Assembly: GCA_002082305.1 (NCBI GenBank)
Contig: LSNO01000017.1
Coordinates: forward strand, 813 to 64,812
Direction: 5' to 3'
Length of the DNA: 64,000 nt
Source of the DNA: SAR324 cluster bacterium SAR324-CTD7B
GTDB taxonomy: Bacteria; SAR324; NAC60-12
Part shown: piece by piece, positions 26,948 to 36,872 of the stretch
Numbering within the stretch: the first letter of the stretch is position 1
How the letters are laid out: every line of letters starts with the position of its first letter
Program-made: the position numbers and the translations under genes
The notes under the pieces: model-generated
Told to the model about the DNA's origin: nothing
What the model saw: the letters and a program-made list of their open reading frames with translations, nothing else
Database searches by the model: none

Positions 26948-28201
26948 TCAGCTTGCTTTCGCTCGAGGAATACTGCTTGCTGGATTTCTGGTCAGCTTTG
27001 GCTCGGCCTTTTGCAGGATGGAATCCTTATTGATCTCAACTTCTTTAATGTCAGGATCTGAGGGTATTTCATACATTAAATCCAGCATTGAATTTTCAAT
27101 TATAGAGCGCAATCCTCGCGCTCCGGTTTTCCGCTTGATCGCTTCTTTTGCAAGAGTGTGTATTGCTTCTTTATTAAATGTCAGTTTTACATTATCAAGC
27201 TCAAACATTTTCTCATACTGACGAATTAAAGCATTTTTTGGTTCTTTTAAGATCTGCACCAGGTGGTCAACTTCCAAATCATGCAAAGTCGCGACTACCG
27301 GCAGGCGTCCAACAAATTCGGGTATTAAACCATATTTGAGTAAATCTTCTGGTTCCAGCTGTGACAGGACCTCTACATTCCGAGTTTTCTTATTTACATC
27401 TGCCCCAAAACCAATGGCATTTCGACCTATGCGTCTTCTAATTATGTCATCAAGGGCAGTAAAAGCACCTCCGCAAATGAAGAGTACATTTTCTGTATTA
27501 ACCTGCATTGTCTCCTGATGAGGGTGTTTACGACCACCCTGTGGAGGTATGTTTGCAACAGTACCTTCGATGATTTTCAAAAGTGCCTGCTGTACACCTT
27601 CTCCGGAAACATCCCTCGTTATTGAAACATTTTCACTTTTTCTGGTAATTTTGTCTATTTCATCAATATAAATTATCCCCTGCTCAGCGCGTTCTATGTC
27701 ATAATCGGCAGCCTGCAATAATTTTAATACAATATTTTCAACATCTTCACCAACATAACCTGCCTCAGTCAACGAGGTAGCATCTGCAACTGCAAAAGGG
27801 ACATTTAGAATCCGTGCCAGTGTTTGCGCCAACAGAGTTTTACCTGTTCCTGTAGGGCCAATCAACAGAATATTGCTTTTCTGCAGTTCCACTTCTGATT
27901 TATCGAAATTAGCTTTGATGCGCTTGTAATGATTGTGAACTGCAACTGCAAGTACCTTTTTGGGCCGATCCTGTCCCACCACATAATTATCAAGAACATC
28001 TTTAATTTCTGCAGGTTTTAGCAATTCTTTTTGAAACTCATCAGCATGCTCATTCTGATATTCCTCTTCCATAATCTCATTGCAGAGGTCGATACATTCG
28101 TCGCAAATGTAGACTGTGGGACCTGCAATTATTTTCTTTACTTCTTCCTGTGTTTTTCCACAGAAGGAGCAACGCAAGAGAGCCTCTTTAACAGAATTCA
28201 T
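26948..28201 (-). CDS. clpX: ATP-dependent Clp protease ATP-binding subunit ClpX
   Basis: 417 aa with zinc finger 'CSFCGK...CDEC', Walker A '[15 protein letters not shown]' and '[10 protein letters not shown]'. It lies downstream of clpP. Confidence 0.98.
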   Translation of the reverse strand: MNSVKEALLRCSFCGKTQEEVKKIIAGPTVYICDECIDLCNEIMEEEYQNEHADEFQKELLKPAEIKDVLDNYVVGQDRPKKVLAVAVHNHYKRIKANFDKSEVELQKSNILLIGPTGTGKTLLAQTLARILNVPFAVADATSLTEAGYVGEDVENIVLKLLQAADYDIERAEQGIIYIDEIDKITRKSENVSITRDVSGEGVQQALLKIIEGTVANIPPQGGRKHPHQETMQVNTENVLFICGGAFTALDDIIRRRIGRNAIGFGADVNKKTRNVEVLSQLEPEDLLKYGLIPEFVGRLPVVATLHDLEVDHLVQILKEPKNALIRQYEKMFELDNVKLTFNKEAIHTLAKEAIKRKTGARGLRSIIENSMLDLMYEIPSDPDIKEVEINKDSILQKAEPKLTRNPASSIPRAKAS

Positions 28202-28214
28202 AGTTATCTTTCTT

Positions 28215-28811
28215 TTATAAAGCTTTCAGTTTTCTGTTTTGCATAACTTCGTCTATAATACCATATTCTTTGGCTTCCTGACTGGAAAAATAATAATCAC
28301 GTTGGGTATCTTGTGCAATTTTTTTAATCTTATGTCCAGTATGACGAGCCAAAACATCGTTCAAAACATCTGTCATTCTGATAATTTCCTTTGCCTGAAT
28401 ATCAATATCTTCTGCCTGTCCGGAAAATCCTCCCATCATTTGATGAATCATTATCCTGGCGTGCGGCAAAGCCTGTCTCTTCCCGGATGCCCCTGAGGCT
28501 AATAAAACAGCCCCCATACTGGTTGCCTGACCAATGCAAATAGTCTGCACATCCGGTTTTAAATACTGAATTGTATCATAAATTGCCATTCCTGAAGTTA
28601 CTAAACCACCAGGGCAGTTCAGATAAAGTGAAATGTCACTTTCCGGATCTTCTGCTTCTAAAAATAAAAGCTGGGCTATCATTACATTTGCAACATTATC
28701 ATCAACTGGCGAGCCGAGAAAAATAATACGGTCTTTGAGCAGTCTTGAGTAGATGTCGTAGGCTCGTTCGCCGCGACTATCCTGCTCAACAACCATCGGT
28801 ATTAGCGACAT
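28215..28811 (-). CDS. clpP: ATP-dependent Clp protease proteolytic subunit
   Basis: 198 aa with '[19 protein letters not shown]', the catalytic Ser in 'GQATSMGA' and His in 'IMIHQ'. Confidence 0.98.
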   Translation of the reverse strand: MSLIPMVVEQDSRGERAYDIYSRLLKDRIIFLGSPVDDNVANVMIAQLLFLEAEDPESDISLYLNCPGGLVTSGMAIYDTIQYLKPDVQTICIGQATSMGAVLLASGASGKRQALPHARIMIHQMMGGFSGQAEDIDIQAKEIIRMTDVLNDVLARHTGHKIKKIAQDTQRDYYFSSQEAKEYGIIDEVMQNRKLKAL

Positions 28812-28996
28812 AGCATACTTGAAAAAAGGTTAATCATTAAGAAGTTATTTTTTTATAAACGAGTTGTGCTGCTTTAAACATTCTCTATCCCACTACTAAA
28901 GCGAGAATCAAGGAACTTGAAAAATCTGAACTAATAGATTCCTTTTTCGTGTGGTTAACAAACAAGAAAGATTTTTTGTACTTGAATGCAAGTTTG

Positions 28997-30325
28997 TCAG
29001 GAATGATCATGCTCACAATTTTCATCGTGTACATGCTCATGATCTTCAGCAGCAAACTCTTCAATCGGGTCACCAAACACCCGAGCCACCACTCTGTCAA
29101 GAGTTGCATCTCCTTTTTTGCGGACAACAATTCGCTCGTACATGTCATGTCCGAAAGGCGATTTAATAAGTTCGTCCGGAGATTGTCCTGTGATTTGTGC
29201 CAATCCGACAAATTCACGAGCTGCCTCATTTTTGTCAAATTTCATTTCTTCATGCTCACCAATCGAGTCCAGTATGAATTTCATGCGTAAATCCATTTTC
29301 GCATTTTCTATTCCTTCCTGACGTCTTTTCTCTTTTTCTTCTTCCGGAATTTCTTTTTCAGATGATGCCTGTTCCAATTCTCTTTCAACTTGTTCCTGCC
29401 CATATTTTACGAGTTCTTCCGGCAAATTAAAATCGTCATATAAATCAGAAAGTTGTGCACGAACAGCAATTCGGTATTCACTTTGAAGCTCTGCTGTTTT
29501 TCGAGATTTAATATTTTCACTTACTTTTTCTTTCAATTCGTCTTCATCCGCAACCCCAAATTTCTTAAAAAAGTCTTCATCCATTTCCGGTCTTTTAACT
29601 GCAGAAATTTCTGTTAAATATATTTTGAAAATAGCTTTTTTACCTGCGTTTTCTCCAAACCGTTCCGGCAGCGCAAGCTCAACATCTTTTTCATCTCCAG
29701 ATGACATGTTCATCAGGCCCGAGTGAAACTCTTCCAAATCTGAAGAACCGATTTTGAACTGCATTTCGGTTGCAGTTGAGTCAGTAAATTTTTCACCCTC
29801 AATTGTTCCTTCATAATTAATTAAAACCCAATCGTCTTTTTCTACTTTTACATCCTCTCCGACTTTGGGAACAAGTATCTCTTCTCGCTGAATTAAACCT
29901 TCTAATTCTTCACTGATATTTTTTGCAGATACTGCCTCAATATCCTTGCGTTCAAGCACGATTTTTTCATAATTCAGTTTGGGTAGCTCCGGTGCTATTT
30001 CAAAATGGAGAATAGCAGAAAGTGGAGATTTAAGGTCAAAGTCGATTTTCTGGATTATCGGCATGGTTGCCGGCCGCAAGGAATGTTCTTGTAGTGCATC
30101 ATCCATATATCCAGGAATAACCCTGTCGACGGCTTCCTGCTGCATAGCAACCTTAAACCTTTTGTCCAACCAGCCTTTTGGGTGTTTCCCAGGGCGAAAG
30201 CCATTGAGTCTGGTTTTTTTCAGTTCCCGATAAATTGCATTGTAGGTTGGTTTTATTTCATCAAGGGAGACTTCAAGGGCAAGGGAATACTTCAGTTTGC
30301 CAAGTTCTTCTACAGTGGAATTCAT
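28997..30325 (-). CDS. tig: trigger factor
   Basis: 442 aa with ribosome-binding 'GFRPGKHPK' and a central FKBP-type PPIase region. The tig-clpP-clpX order is conserved. Confidence 0.95.
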   Translation of the reverse strand: MNSTVEELGKLKYSLALEVSLDEIKPTYNAIYRELKKTRLNGFRPGKHPKGWLDKRFKVAMQQEAVDRVIPGYMDDALQEHSLRPATMPIIQKIDFDLKSPLSAILHFEIAPELPKLNYEKIVLERKDIEAVSAKNISEELEGLIQREEILVPKVGEDVKVEKDDWVLINYEGTIEGEKFTDSTATEMQFKIGSSDLEEFHSGLMNMSSGDEKDVELALPERFGENAGKKAIFKIYLTEISAVKRPEMDEDFFKKFGVADEDELKEKVSENIKSRKTAELQSEYRIAVRAQLSDLYDDFNLPEELVKYGQEQVERELEQASSEKEIPEEEKEKRRQEGIENAKMDLRMKFILDSIGEHEEMKFDKNEAAREFVGLAQITGQSPDELIKSPFGHDMYERIVVRKKGDATLDRVVARVFGDPIEEFAAEDHEHVHDENCEHDHS

Positions 30326-30809
30326 AAAAATTAATTTTGTAAGGAAATGAAGACAGTCTTGCCCACAAAACTGAATGAAACAAAACTCAACGTTTATTTA
30401 ATTACATTTGAAGTGACAATTTCAAGCCTTTTGTGTTTTTCCCGTATTTTGATTAAAGGTATCTATTCTGACCGTTATTTTCTTTACAGCAATATCCTCA
30501 TGAAAATAGACATCGGTCTGACATTTTTGTTAATTTTCTTCAAGAGCCTGTTACCGCAACATAGAATTATGAAGGAAAGTTTGTTTGGTACCTGAACCTA
30601 ACATCGTTTAGCCTTCCTGGTGAGTGCAGTAATCTTTTTGTTCTTTACCACAGGAGACATACTCTCAGTGACCGCACTAAGTCTTAGGTAACTTGGGACC
30701 TTTTTAAAATGACTTTGTTTTCTTTTCAGCTCTTTACCCTGAGATAGAGCATAGAGGCTGAAAAAATAAAGATATTGCAAAGGTGAGGTGAAAAACGAAA
30801 AGTTATGCT

Positions 30810-32084
30810 CTAAATTGTCTTTTGAACATTACTCAACCAGGAGTCAAGCAGCGGACGAAGTTTTGTGATTGTAGGGGCTTCTCTAAAAAAGAATCCATAG
30901 CGCGAAAAATACGTGGATGCCTCTACTTGCTCGGCCAGTTGAATATTTTTGAGTAAACTGCGATTGATGCCTATCAGCAAAGGTGCCCCTTTTTGTGAAT
31001 CAAGTTGTTCCAGTCTACTCTGGAGGGGAGCCACATGCCATTTATGAAAAAGCTCCATTGACACTTTTTTCCCAGAATGGTGCTTCAACAGAAAATCCGG
31101 GAAACAAAGCGATTCACCGGTCAACGGAATAAAATCTGCTGAAGATGTCAGTTCCCAGTCAGGTATTTGTTTAGCAAGTTGCTGACTGAACAACTGTATT
31201 TCATCAGGAATATAGGCTAAAAACTGACGGTAGTGGGAGCGAATTCCACAAGATTGATCAAGGTGCAGGCTGTGAACATGGTTTTTACGGATTCTAACTT
31301 CTGCATCCAGTTCCCATTCAGGCTGCTGCAAAATTGCAGGAAAAAAATTGGCGAGGTTTAAACCATATTTTTGTGTGTTTACAAACAAACTCAGCGGACC
31401 ATCAATTTCCAGCATCAATGTTTTTTTCTTTCTTTGATCGTGGCTGATCTTTGCAAGTAATTTATTGAAACGCAAATATTTAAGCAGTTGCCGCAACCCG
31501 GCTGCTTTGCTTTCAGGCAGGCTAACATTTAGGCCTTCGCAGCGCAGAAGCAAGCCTTGGAGCTGAGCGCAATTGTAACGATGCAGTAAGCCTGCAGCAG
31601 TCATTTTGCGGAAACGCAGCACCTGCTGAAAAGGCGGCAAATCTCCATACAGTTGCCGTCCCAACTGCTCAATAGATATTCCTACTGATTTGGCTATTTC
31701 AATTTGATAATGGCCTAAATCAGCTTTATCCCCCATCTCAACACCCGGAAAACGAAACGCTTTTTTAGCACTGAAAAATGCAGCAGAGTTGAAAAATACT
31801 TTTTCCCTGAGATCAGTTAATTCCGTTTTTGCTTCCGTGTCAAATTCGGTACGGTCAAGCAGGAGTTTTTCCAAACCTCGGCCCACAATTGCGTTTCCCG
31901 GAAAACCGTCCAAAACCTGCTTTGTCTCTTCCTCAAGTTTTTCACGGACTTGACCTACGCTTCCGGAAAAAACCGCGAGTAATTCTTCTGCAATTTCTAA
32001 AAGTTTTGTTGCTTCCGGATTAATTAATTTGGGCAGAATTTTGCCCCGATTCGTCCGGAAGCACAACAGGTCCTTCGTAAGCAC
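30810..32084 (-). CDS. DUF790 / Bax1-like nuclease
   Basis: The track ORF starts at 32231, overlapping 212 nt with the helicase. Family members start 'MLTxDLL...', matching 'VLTKDLLCFRTNRGKILP' from the GTG at 32084. It is positioned immediately after an XPB-like helicase, as in archaeal XPB-Bax1 pairs. Confidence 0.72.
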   Translation of the reverse strand: MLTKDLLCFRTNRGKILPKLINPEATKLLEIAEELLAVFSGSVGQVREKLEEETKQVLDGFPGNAIVGRGLEKLLLDRTEFDTEAKTELTDLREKVFFNSAAFFSAKKAFRFPGVEMGDKADLGHYQIEIAKSVGISIEQLGRQLYGDLPPFQQVLRFRKMTAAGLLHRYNCAQLQGLLLRCEGLNVSLPESKAAGLRQLLKYLRFNKLLAKISHDQRKKKTLMLEIDGPLSLFVNTQKYGLNLANFFPAILQQPEWELDAEVRIRKNHVHSLHLDQSCGIRSHYRQFLAYIPDEIQLFSQQLAKQIPDWELTSSADFIPLTGESLCFPDFLLKHHSGKKVSMELFHKWHVAPLQSRLEQLDSQKGAPLLIGINRSLLKNIQLAEQVEASTYFSRYGFFFREAPTITKLRPLLDSWLSNVQKTI

Positions 32085-33435
32085 GGTGTTTTCTACGTCG
32101 CTGGTTGGTAAAATATTCTCCGGTATCCTTGGAAACAAGTTCATAAAGTATGGCCTGTTTTCCGGGACGTGCTCGCAGAATTCGTCCCAGACGCTGAACA
32201 TGCTCCCGAATACTGCCGCTTCCGGAAACAATCATGCCGACATTCGCATCCGGAACATCAACTCCTTCATTCAGAACTTTTGAAGTGACTAGAATCGGAT
32301 ATTCGCCTGATCTGAATGATTTTAGAAAAGCCTCCCGTTCCGGTAGTTTTGTATGATGTGTAAGCACCGGTAACAGGAAATTATTCCCAATGCGGTAAGC
32401 CATTTCGTTGTCTTGCGTAAAAACCAGCATACGGTCACCTTTATGCTGCTGAATCAGTTCCCACAAACGATCTACTTTTGCTCCGGATGCCTGACTGAGC
32501 TTCTTTTGCAGCAAATAAGCCTTGAATGCTTTCCGGCCTTCAGGACTTTCACTGGTTCTGCGTAAAAAAATAGCCCAACCGCTTGGATGCTGAAAGCTGA
32601 TACGTGCTTTACGTAAAAAATCAGTATAGCATTCACGTGAAATCTCGTATTGCTCACGCTCCTCCGGACGCATATCTACCTCGATTGTTTCCACCACGTA
32701 TGGTGCCAGGGTACGACCGCTTAACTCGTCAATATGAACTTCGTAACAAAGAGGCCCGCAAAGTTCGTAAAGGACTTGCTCTTTTCCGTCAGCACGTTCC
32801 GGAGTTGCAGTCAAACCCAGGCGGAATGGAGCAATTGAACCAAGTGCAGTAAATTGATTTTGCTCACCAGGCAAATGGTGACATTCATCAAAAACCAGGA
32901 GTCCAAACAAATTACCCTGATGTGTTACATGGATCAAAGCAGAGTCGTAAGTTGCTACAGTAATTGTCTGAATATCATTTATTCCACCACCAAGTAAACC
33001 AATTGGAGTTTCAAAATATTCGCTTAAAACCTCTTTCCATTGCCGCATCAGATCAATCGTTGGAACATGAATCAAAGTTGGTCGTCCGGTTTCCGCAATC
33101 AGCATTACTGCCAGAATAGTTTTACCTGCACCGGTTGGTAAAGTTACTACTCCGTGCTTTTCTGACAACCATGCTTCAGCAGCTTCACTTTGAAAAGAAC
33201 GAGGTCTAATGTTCTTTTTCAGGACAAAAGTTTCTGCAGAAAATTTTCGGGCATGGTCCTGGAAGCTAATGTTCTTCTCACACAGTGCTGTGACAAGTTT
33301 ACGGTAGTTGGCTGCAGGAGTACGGTAACTGTTTGTCCGCTCATCCCAGGAAATTCCGTCAAGATGCTGCATATATCTACCCGCCATGCCGTGAAGCTGG
33401 ATGGTTCCTTTATCGAAGTGCAGGCTGAGAGTCAT
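32020..33435 (-). CDS. XPB/Ssl2-like superfamily-2 DNA helicase
   Basis: 471 aa with N-terminal 'LHFDKGTIQLHG' (damage-recognition-domain-like), motif I 'LPTGAGKT', motif II 'VFDECHH', 'GLTATPERADGKE' (RED-like) and motif VI 'HVQRLGRILR'. Confidence 0.85.
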   Translation of the reverse strand: MTLSLHFDKGTIQLHGMAGRYMQHLDGISWDERTNSYRTPAANYRKLVTALCEKNISFQDHARKFSAETFVLKKNIRPRSFQSEAAEAWLSEKHGVVTLPTGAGKTILAVMLIAETGRPTLIHVPTIDLMRQWKEVLSEYFETPIGLLGGGINDIQTITVATYDSALIHVTHQGNLFGLLVFDECHHLPGEQNQFTALGSIAPFRLGLTATPERADGKEQVLYELCGPLCYEVHIDELSGRTLAPYVVETIEVDMRPEEREQYEISRECYTDFLRKARISFQHPSGWAIFLRRTSESPEGRKAFKAYLLQKKLSQASGAKVDRLWELIQQHKGDRMLVFTQDNEMAYRIGNNFLLPVLTHHTKLPEREAFLKSFRSGEYPILVTSKVLNEGVDVPDANVGMIVSGSGSIREHVQRLGRILRARPGKQAILYELVSKDTGEYFTNQRRRKHRAYEGPVVLPDESGQNSAQIN

Positions 33436-33501
33436 TTCAACAATTTCGTGTCCAGTTTAAATTTCAACAGGTACTGAAAAAATAGGATTATCTAGTTCAA
33501 T

Positions 33502-33521
33502 AAATCAGTTAAAACTGATTT
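33502..33521 (-). terminator. weak hairpin downstream of the methyltransferase gene (possible terminator)
   Basis: AAATCAGT-TAAA-ACTGATTT forms a perfect 8-bp but AT-rich stem ~10 nt after the ICMT stop. There is no strong U-tract on the minus strand. Confidence 0.3.
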
Positions 33522-33529
33522 TTACACAG

Positions 33530-34045
33530 CTAAATTTCATCTAGAGCGAGTTCTTCCAAACGTATACGGTGGCGGAGAATAATAAGATTGGCCAGAGAAA
33601 AAACAACGGCCGTTCCATATGCTGCATGAAGCAAAGGTACACTGGCTATTTCCAATATCACTCCCAAATAATTCGGGTGCCGTACAAATCGATATATTCC
33701 GTGCTTAATCAACGGTGCATCCGGAACAACGTAAATACGGGTGGACCAACGCTCTGCGAGTGTCCGGATGGCAAAATAGCGCAGGGTTTGTCCAGCAGCT
33801 AATCCTGAAAATGCCGCTATCACCAACCATAAAGGCGGTGCTGTCCTAAAGTACCAGACCTCTGCCAGCATTGCTGCAAACCACGAAACATGTAAGGCGA
33901 CCAAAACTCGATAATGTTCAGGGAAACGCTCGAATCCGCCTTTTTCCCTCATCCTGATTTCGTTGCGCCGGCTTCGTCTCAATTCCCACAAGCGCTGTGC
34001 AGCCAGCAATGCTACCAACAACATGAATCCCCAAAGGCTCACCAT
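33530..34045 (-). CDS. isoprenylcysteine carboxyl methyltransferase (ICMT)-family membrane methyltransferase
   Basis: 171 aa, polytopic, with 'GIYRFVRHPNYLGVILE', the ICMT/PEMT-type motif. Its start overlaps the PKS stop by 7 nt. Confidence 0.82.
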   Translation of the reverse strand: MVSLWGFMLLVALLAAQRLWELRRSRRNEIRMREKGGFERFPEHYRVLVALHVSWFAAMLAEVWYFRTAPPLWLVIAAFSGLAAGQTLRYFAIRTLAERWSTRIYVVPDAPLIKHGIYRFVRHPNYLGVILEIASVPLLHAAYGTAVVFSLANLIILRHRIRLEELALDEI

Positions 34046-35205
34046 TGCAGCAAAACCAATTCACCGGAAAATGCCGGTCCCAATGAAATCATCATTCCAA
34101 AATTTCCGGTATCGGATTTACCATAGATTTTCGGAACCGGACCATTTAAACATTCGTCAAGTATAACCAGAACTGAAGTTGAAGAAATATTACCTACTTC
34201 ACGGAGGTGTTTCCGTGTTTTATCAAGTGATTTTGGAGGCAACTCCAAGCATGATTCAATTGTATCAATCACCTTTGGTCCTCCTGGATGAGTGAGCCAA
34301 AGAGCAATATCAGGAATGGATAGTCCGTGTTCTGCAAGGAAACTGTCCACATGCGGCCGTAACTGCTTCGCATAGCCGGGAACCCCTTGCCCCAGCATAA
34401 TTTTCAATCCACGATCTGTTACATCCCAACCCATGACTTCTTCTGAGTCAGGAAAGAAAATTGATTTACTGCTCAAAACCCTGGGCTTATGAAACTCATG
34501 ATCTTTTTCACTTTCATCTTTTGAACCTTTGGAAACTTTGGAACCATGAAACTCATTAGCTTTGCTATTTCGTTTTTCATTACTTTTCACCAACGGATGT
34601 TGGTCGCCAACCAGCAAAACTGCTGCCGCTCCGTCTCCAAAAAGTCCACTCGAAATGATGTTTGCAATCGAGAGGTCTTCGGCCTGTAAAGTTAATGAAC
34701 AAAGCTCAATAGTAAGCAATATAGCCGCTTCCTCCGGATGTCCTTTCAAATAATCGCCAACGCGTGCAACCCCTGCAGTACCGGCAAGACAGCCCAAACC
34801 AAACAATGGAACCCTCTTTAAATCCTGAGCAAAGGCAATTCTGTTCATCAAGCGTGCTTCCAATGAAGGCACAGTCACTCCTGTACTGGTTACACTCATA
34901 AGCATCTGAATTTCTTGCGGATGCAAGTTAGTTTTTTCCAGTAAATCATTAATAACCCGCTCGCCCAACTCTAAAGCCACTTCCAGCCATGCACGGTTGC
35001 AGTCTGCAAACCCGTCCAGCTTGTAATATTCAGACATGGGCAAAGCCAAATAGCGGCCTTCAACAGTTACTGCTTTCTGCAGACGGTCAAAGATCGCTAC
35101 ATCCAAACCTTTTTTAATCCACACTGCTCTCAACGCAAAACTTATTTCTTGCTGCGAATGATAATGCGTCGGGAAAGCTGTGGCTGTGTTGATAATATGA
35201 GGCAT
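34039..35205 (-). CDS. type III polyketide synthase (chalcone/stilbene synthase family)
   Basis: 388 aa with the catalytic triad context 'GLGCLAGTAG' (Cys), 'WLTHPGGPKVID' (His) and 'VGNISSTSVLVILDE' (Asn). Confidence 0.9.
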   Translation of the reverse strand: MPHIINTATAFPTHYHSQQEISFALRAVWIKKGLDVAIFDRLQKAVTVEGRYLALPMSEYYKLDGFADCNRAWLEVALELGERVINDLLEKTNLHPQEIQMLMSVTSTGVTVPSLEARLMNRIAFAQDLKRVPLFGLGCLAGTAGVARVGDYLKGHPEEAAILLTIELCSLTLQAEDLSIANIISSGLFGDGAAAVLLVGDQHPLVKSNEKRNSKANEFHGSKVSKGSKDESEKDHEFHKPRVLSSKSIFFPDSEEVMGWDVTDRGLKIMLGQGVPGYAKQLRPHVDSFLAEHGLSIPDIALWLTHPGGPKVIDTIESCLELPPKSLDKTRKHLREVGNISSTSVLVILDECLNGPVPKIYGKSDTGNFGMMISLGPAFSGELVLLQW

Positions 35206-35289
35206 CGGGAAGGACAGTCTATGATACTATAATTTATTGATCAAAATGAGAGATCAAACTTTTTTATATTTTTCAAGTAGCCGCGTTCT

Positions 35290-35544
35290 TTATGAATTTA
35301 TACGTATTTCTAAATGATCAATAATATCAGAAACTTTCTGCATTTCCAGGACAGTTTCTATATCAGCCTCTATTTTGAACTCATCTTCGAGTGCCATGAT
35401 AATATTCATTGCATCAAGGGAGACGATATCCAAATCATCACGCAAATTCATTTCTGTATTGAGATCATTTGATTTCAAGCCCATTTCCACGGCAATTGTT
35501 TGAAGACAGGATTGCTCAATTTTTTTGCGTGTTATGGTTTCCAT
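35290..35544 (-). CDS. acyl carrier protein
   Basis: 84 aa. 'LRDDLDIVSLDAMNIIMALEDEFKIE' contains the phosphopantetheine-Ser context (D-x-x-S-L-D). It overlaps the KS stop by 13 nt. Confidence 0.8.
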   Translation of the reverse strand: METITRKKIEQSCLQTIAVEMGLKSNDLNTEMNLRDDLDIVSLDAMNIIMALEDEFKIEADIETVLEMQKVSDIIDHLEIRINS

Positions 35545-36779
35545 TTTCGAAAAACAAGTACTGCATTACTACCTCCAAAGGCGAAGGAATTGGAAAGTGC
35601 CGCTTCAATCTGGACTTTCCGGGAATTATATGGAACGGGATCAATCACACATTCGGGGTCCAGGTCGTCGCAATTAAGAGTTGGCGGAGCACAGTCGTTC
35701 TGCACTGCCAGCAAAGTCGCCAGGGCCTCCAGCGCTGAAGATGCTCCCATTGCATGACCAAACAATGATTTGCTGGAACTGACCGGCAACTTTACTGACC
35801 TATCGCCAAAAACCCGGTGAATTGCACGGCATTCGAGCGGGTCATTAAGACGGGTTCCTGTTCCGTGGGCATTGATGTAGCCGATGGAATCTGGTGACAT
35901 TTCAGCATCGTCCAAAGCTAATTTCATTGATTCTGCCACTCCGTTTTCATCCGGATTTGTCAAACTAGAAGCATCACAGTTTGAACCAAAACCGGCAATT
36001 TCTCCAAAGACTGGAGCATTTCTTTTATTTGCAGATTCTAATGATTCGAGTACTAAAACAGCAGCTCCTTCGGCTAATACGAAACCACTACGATTTTTGT
36101 CGAACGGTCGACAGGCAGTTTCAGGAGTTTCGTTATACTTACGTGAAAGCACACCTAGTGCGTCCCATGCACGTAGAAGACCGTACGTGACAGGTGCTTC
36201 TGCACCTCCGCAAATAACAGCGCGTAACCGGCCTTCTCGAATCCACTGCATTGCCTGGCCTACAGCATTCCCTCCTGAAGAACAGGCTGTATTCAGTGTA
36301 AAGTTCGGCCCCTTTATTCCCAAACGTATTGCTATTGCCGATGAAACCGCACTGTTCATTATGCGTGGAATGGTGTAAGCGTCAATTGGCCGTTCTTCCG
36401 GTCCAGCGTAAAGTGCATCGTAGGCTTGTGCATAAGAGGTTATTCCCCCTACACCGGTCCCCATCATCACACCAATTTCTCCGGAATCACCGTCCTGATC
36501 CAAGAGATTGGCTTCTTCAGCAGCCCTTAGTGCCGCAACCAGACCAAACTGAGTGAAGCGCTCATAGCTTTTTTTTTCACGATGACTAAAATGTACGTCA
36601 GAATCAAAATCTGTAACCATACCTGCAATTTGGCAGGATGCCCCTGAAGAATCAAATTCAGTAATTTTACGGACTCCGGAGACACCATTACAAAGCCCTT
36701 CCCAATAGTCTGAAACAGAACTGCCGATTGGCGAAATAACACCTCGGCCTGTTACTACAACTCGTTTTTTTGTTTCCAA
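35532..36779 (-). CDS. beta-ketoacyl-ACP synthase, KAS I/II (FabF-like)
   Basis: 415 aa with 'RVVVTGRGVISPIG', active-site 'NTACSSGGNAVGQA', 'YINAHGTGT' and 'SSKSLFGHAMGASS'. Confidence 0.9.
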   Translation of the reverse strand: METKKRVVVTGRGVISPIGSSVSDYWEGLCNGVSGVRKITEFDSSGASCQIAGMVTDFDSDVHFSHREKKSYERFTQFGLVAALRAAEEANLLDQDGDSGEIGVMMGTGVGGITSYAQAYDALYAGPEERPIDAYTIPRIMNSAVSSAIAIRLGIKGPNFTLNTACSSGGNAVGQAMQWIREGRLRAVICGGAEAPVTYGLLRAWDALGVLSRKYNETPETACRPFDKNRSGFVLAEGAAVLVLESLESANKRNAPVFGEIAGFGSNCDASSLTNPDENGVAESMKLALDDAEMSPDSIGYINAHGTGTRLNDPLECRAIHRVFGDRSVKLPVSSSKSLFGHAMGASSALEALATLLAVQNDCAPPTLNCDDLDPECVIDPVPYNSRKVQIEAALSNSFAFGGSNAVLVFRKWKP

Positions 36780-36872
36780 ATTAACATTCCGTATGGCGGC
36801 TTAAAAACCTGCAATATTTTGAAATCGTTCGCAGATGCCGGGTTACACTTCACTAACCAGTTCTTCAAAGTG

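Noticed and set aside
30598-30780. 60-aa basic ORF (TTG start), and a minus-strand 'CACCAGGAAGGC' motif that briefly suggested SRP (4.5S) RNA.
   Set aside because: The ORF has no SD and odd composition. The SRP helix-8 consensus (GGAAGCAGCC ... GGCAG) is absent, so the SRP call is not supported.
35884-36378. Long antisense ORFs inside confidently assigned genes. Examples are 35884-36378 in the KAS gene, 20819-21373 in argD, 9141-9620 and 8669-8999 in batB/C, 18771-19163 in the MMPL gene, 56085-56513 in holB, and 58072-58497 in mgtE.
   Set aside because: They are frame shadows of the real genes or products of low-complexity sequence, with no motifs and biased composition.
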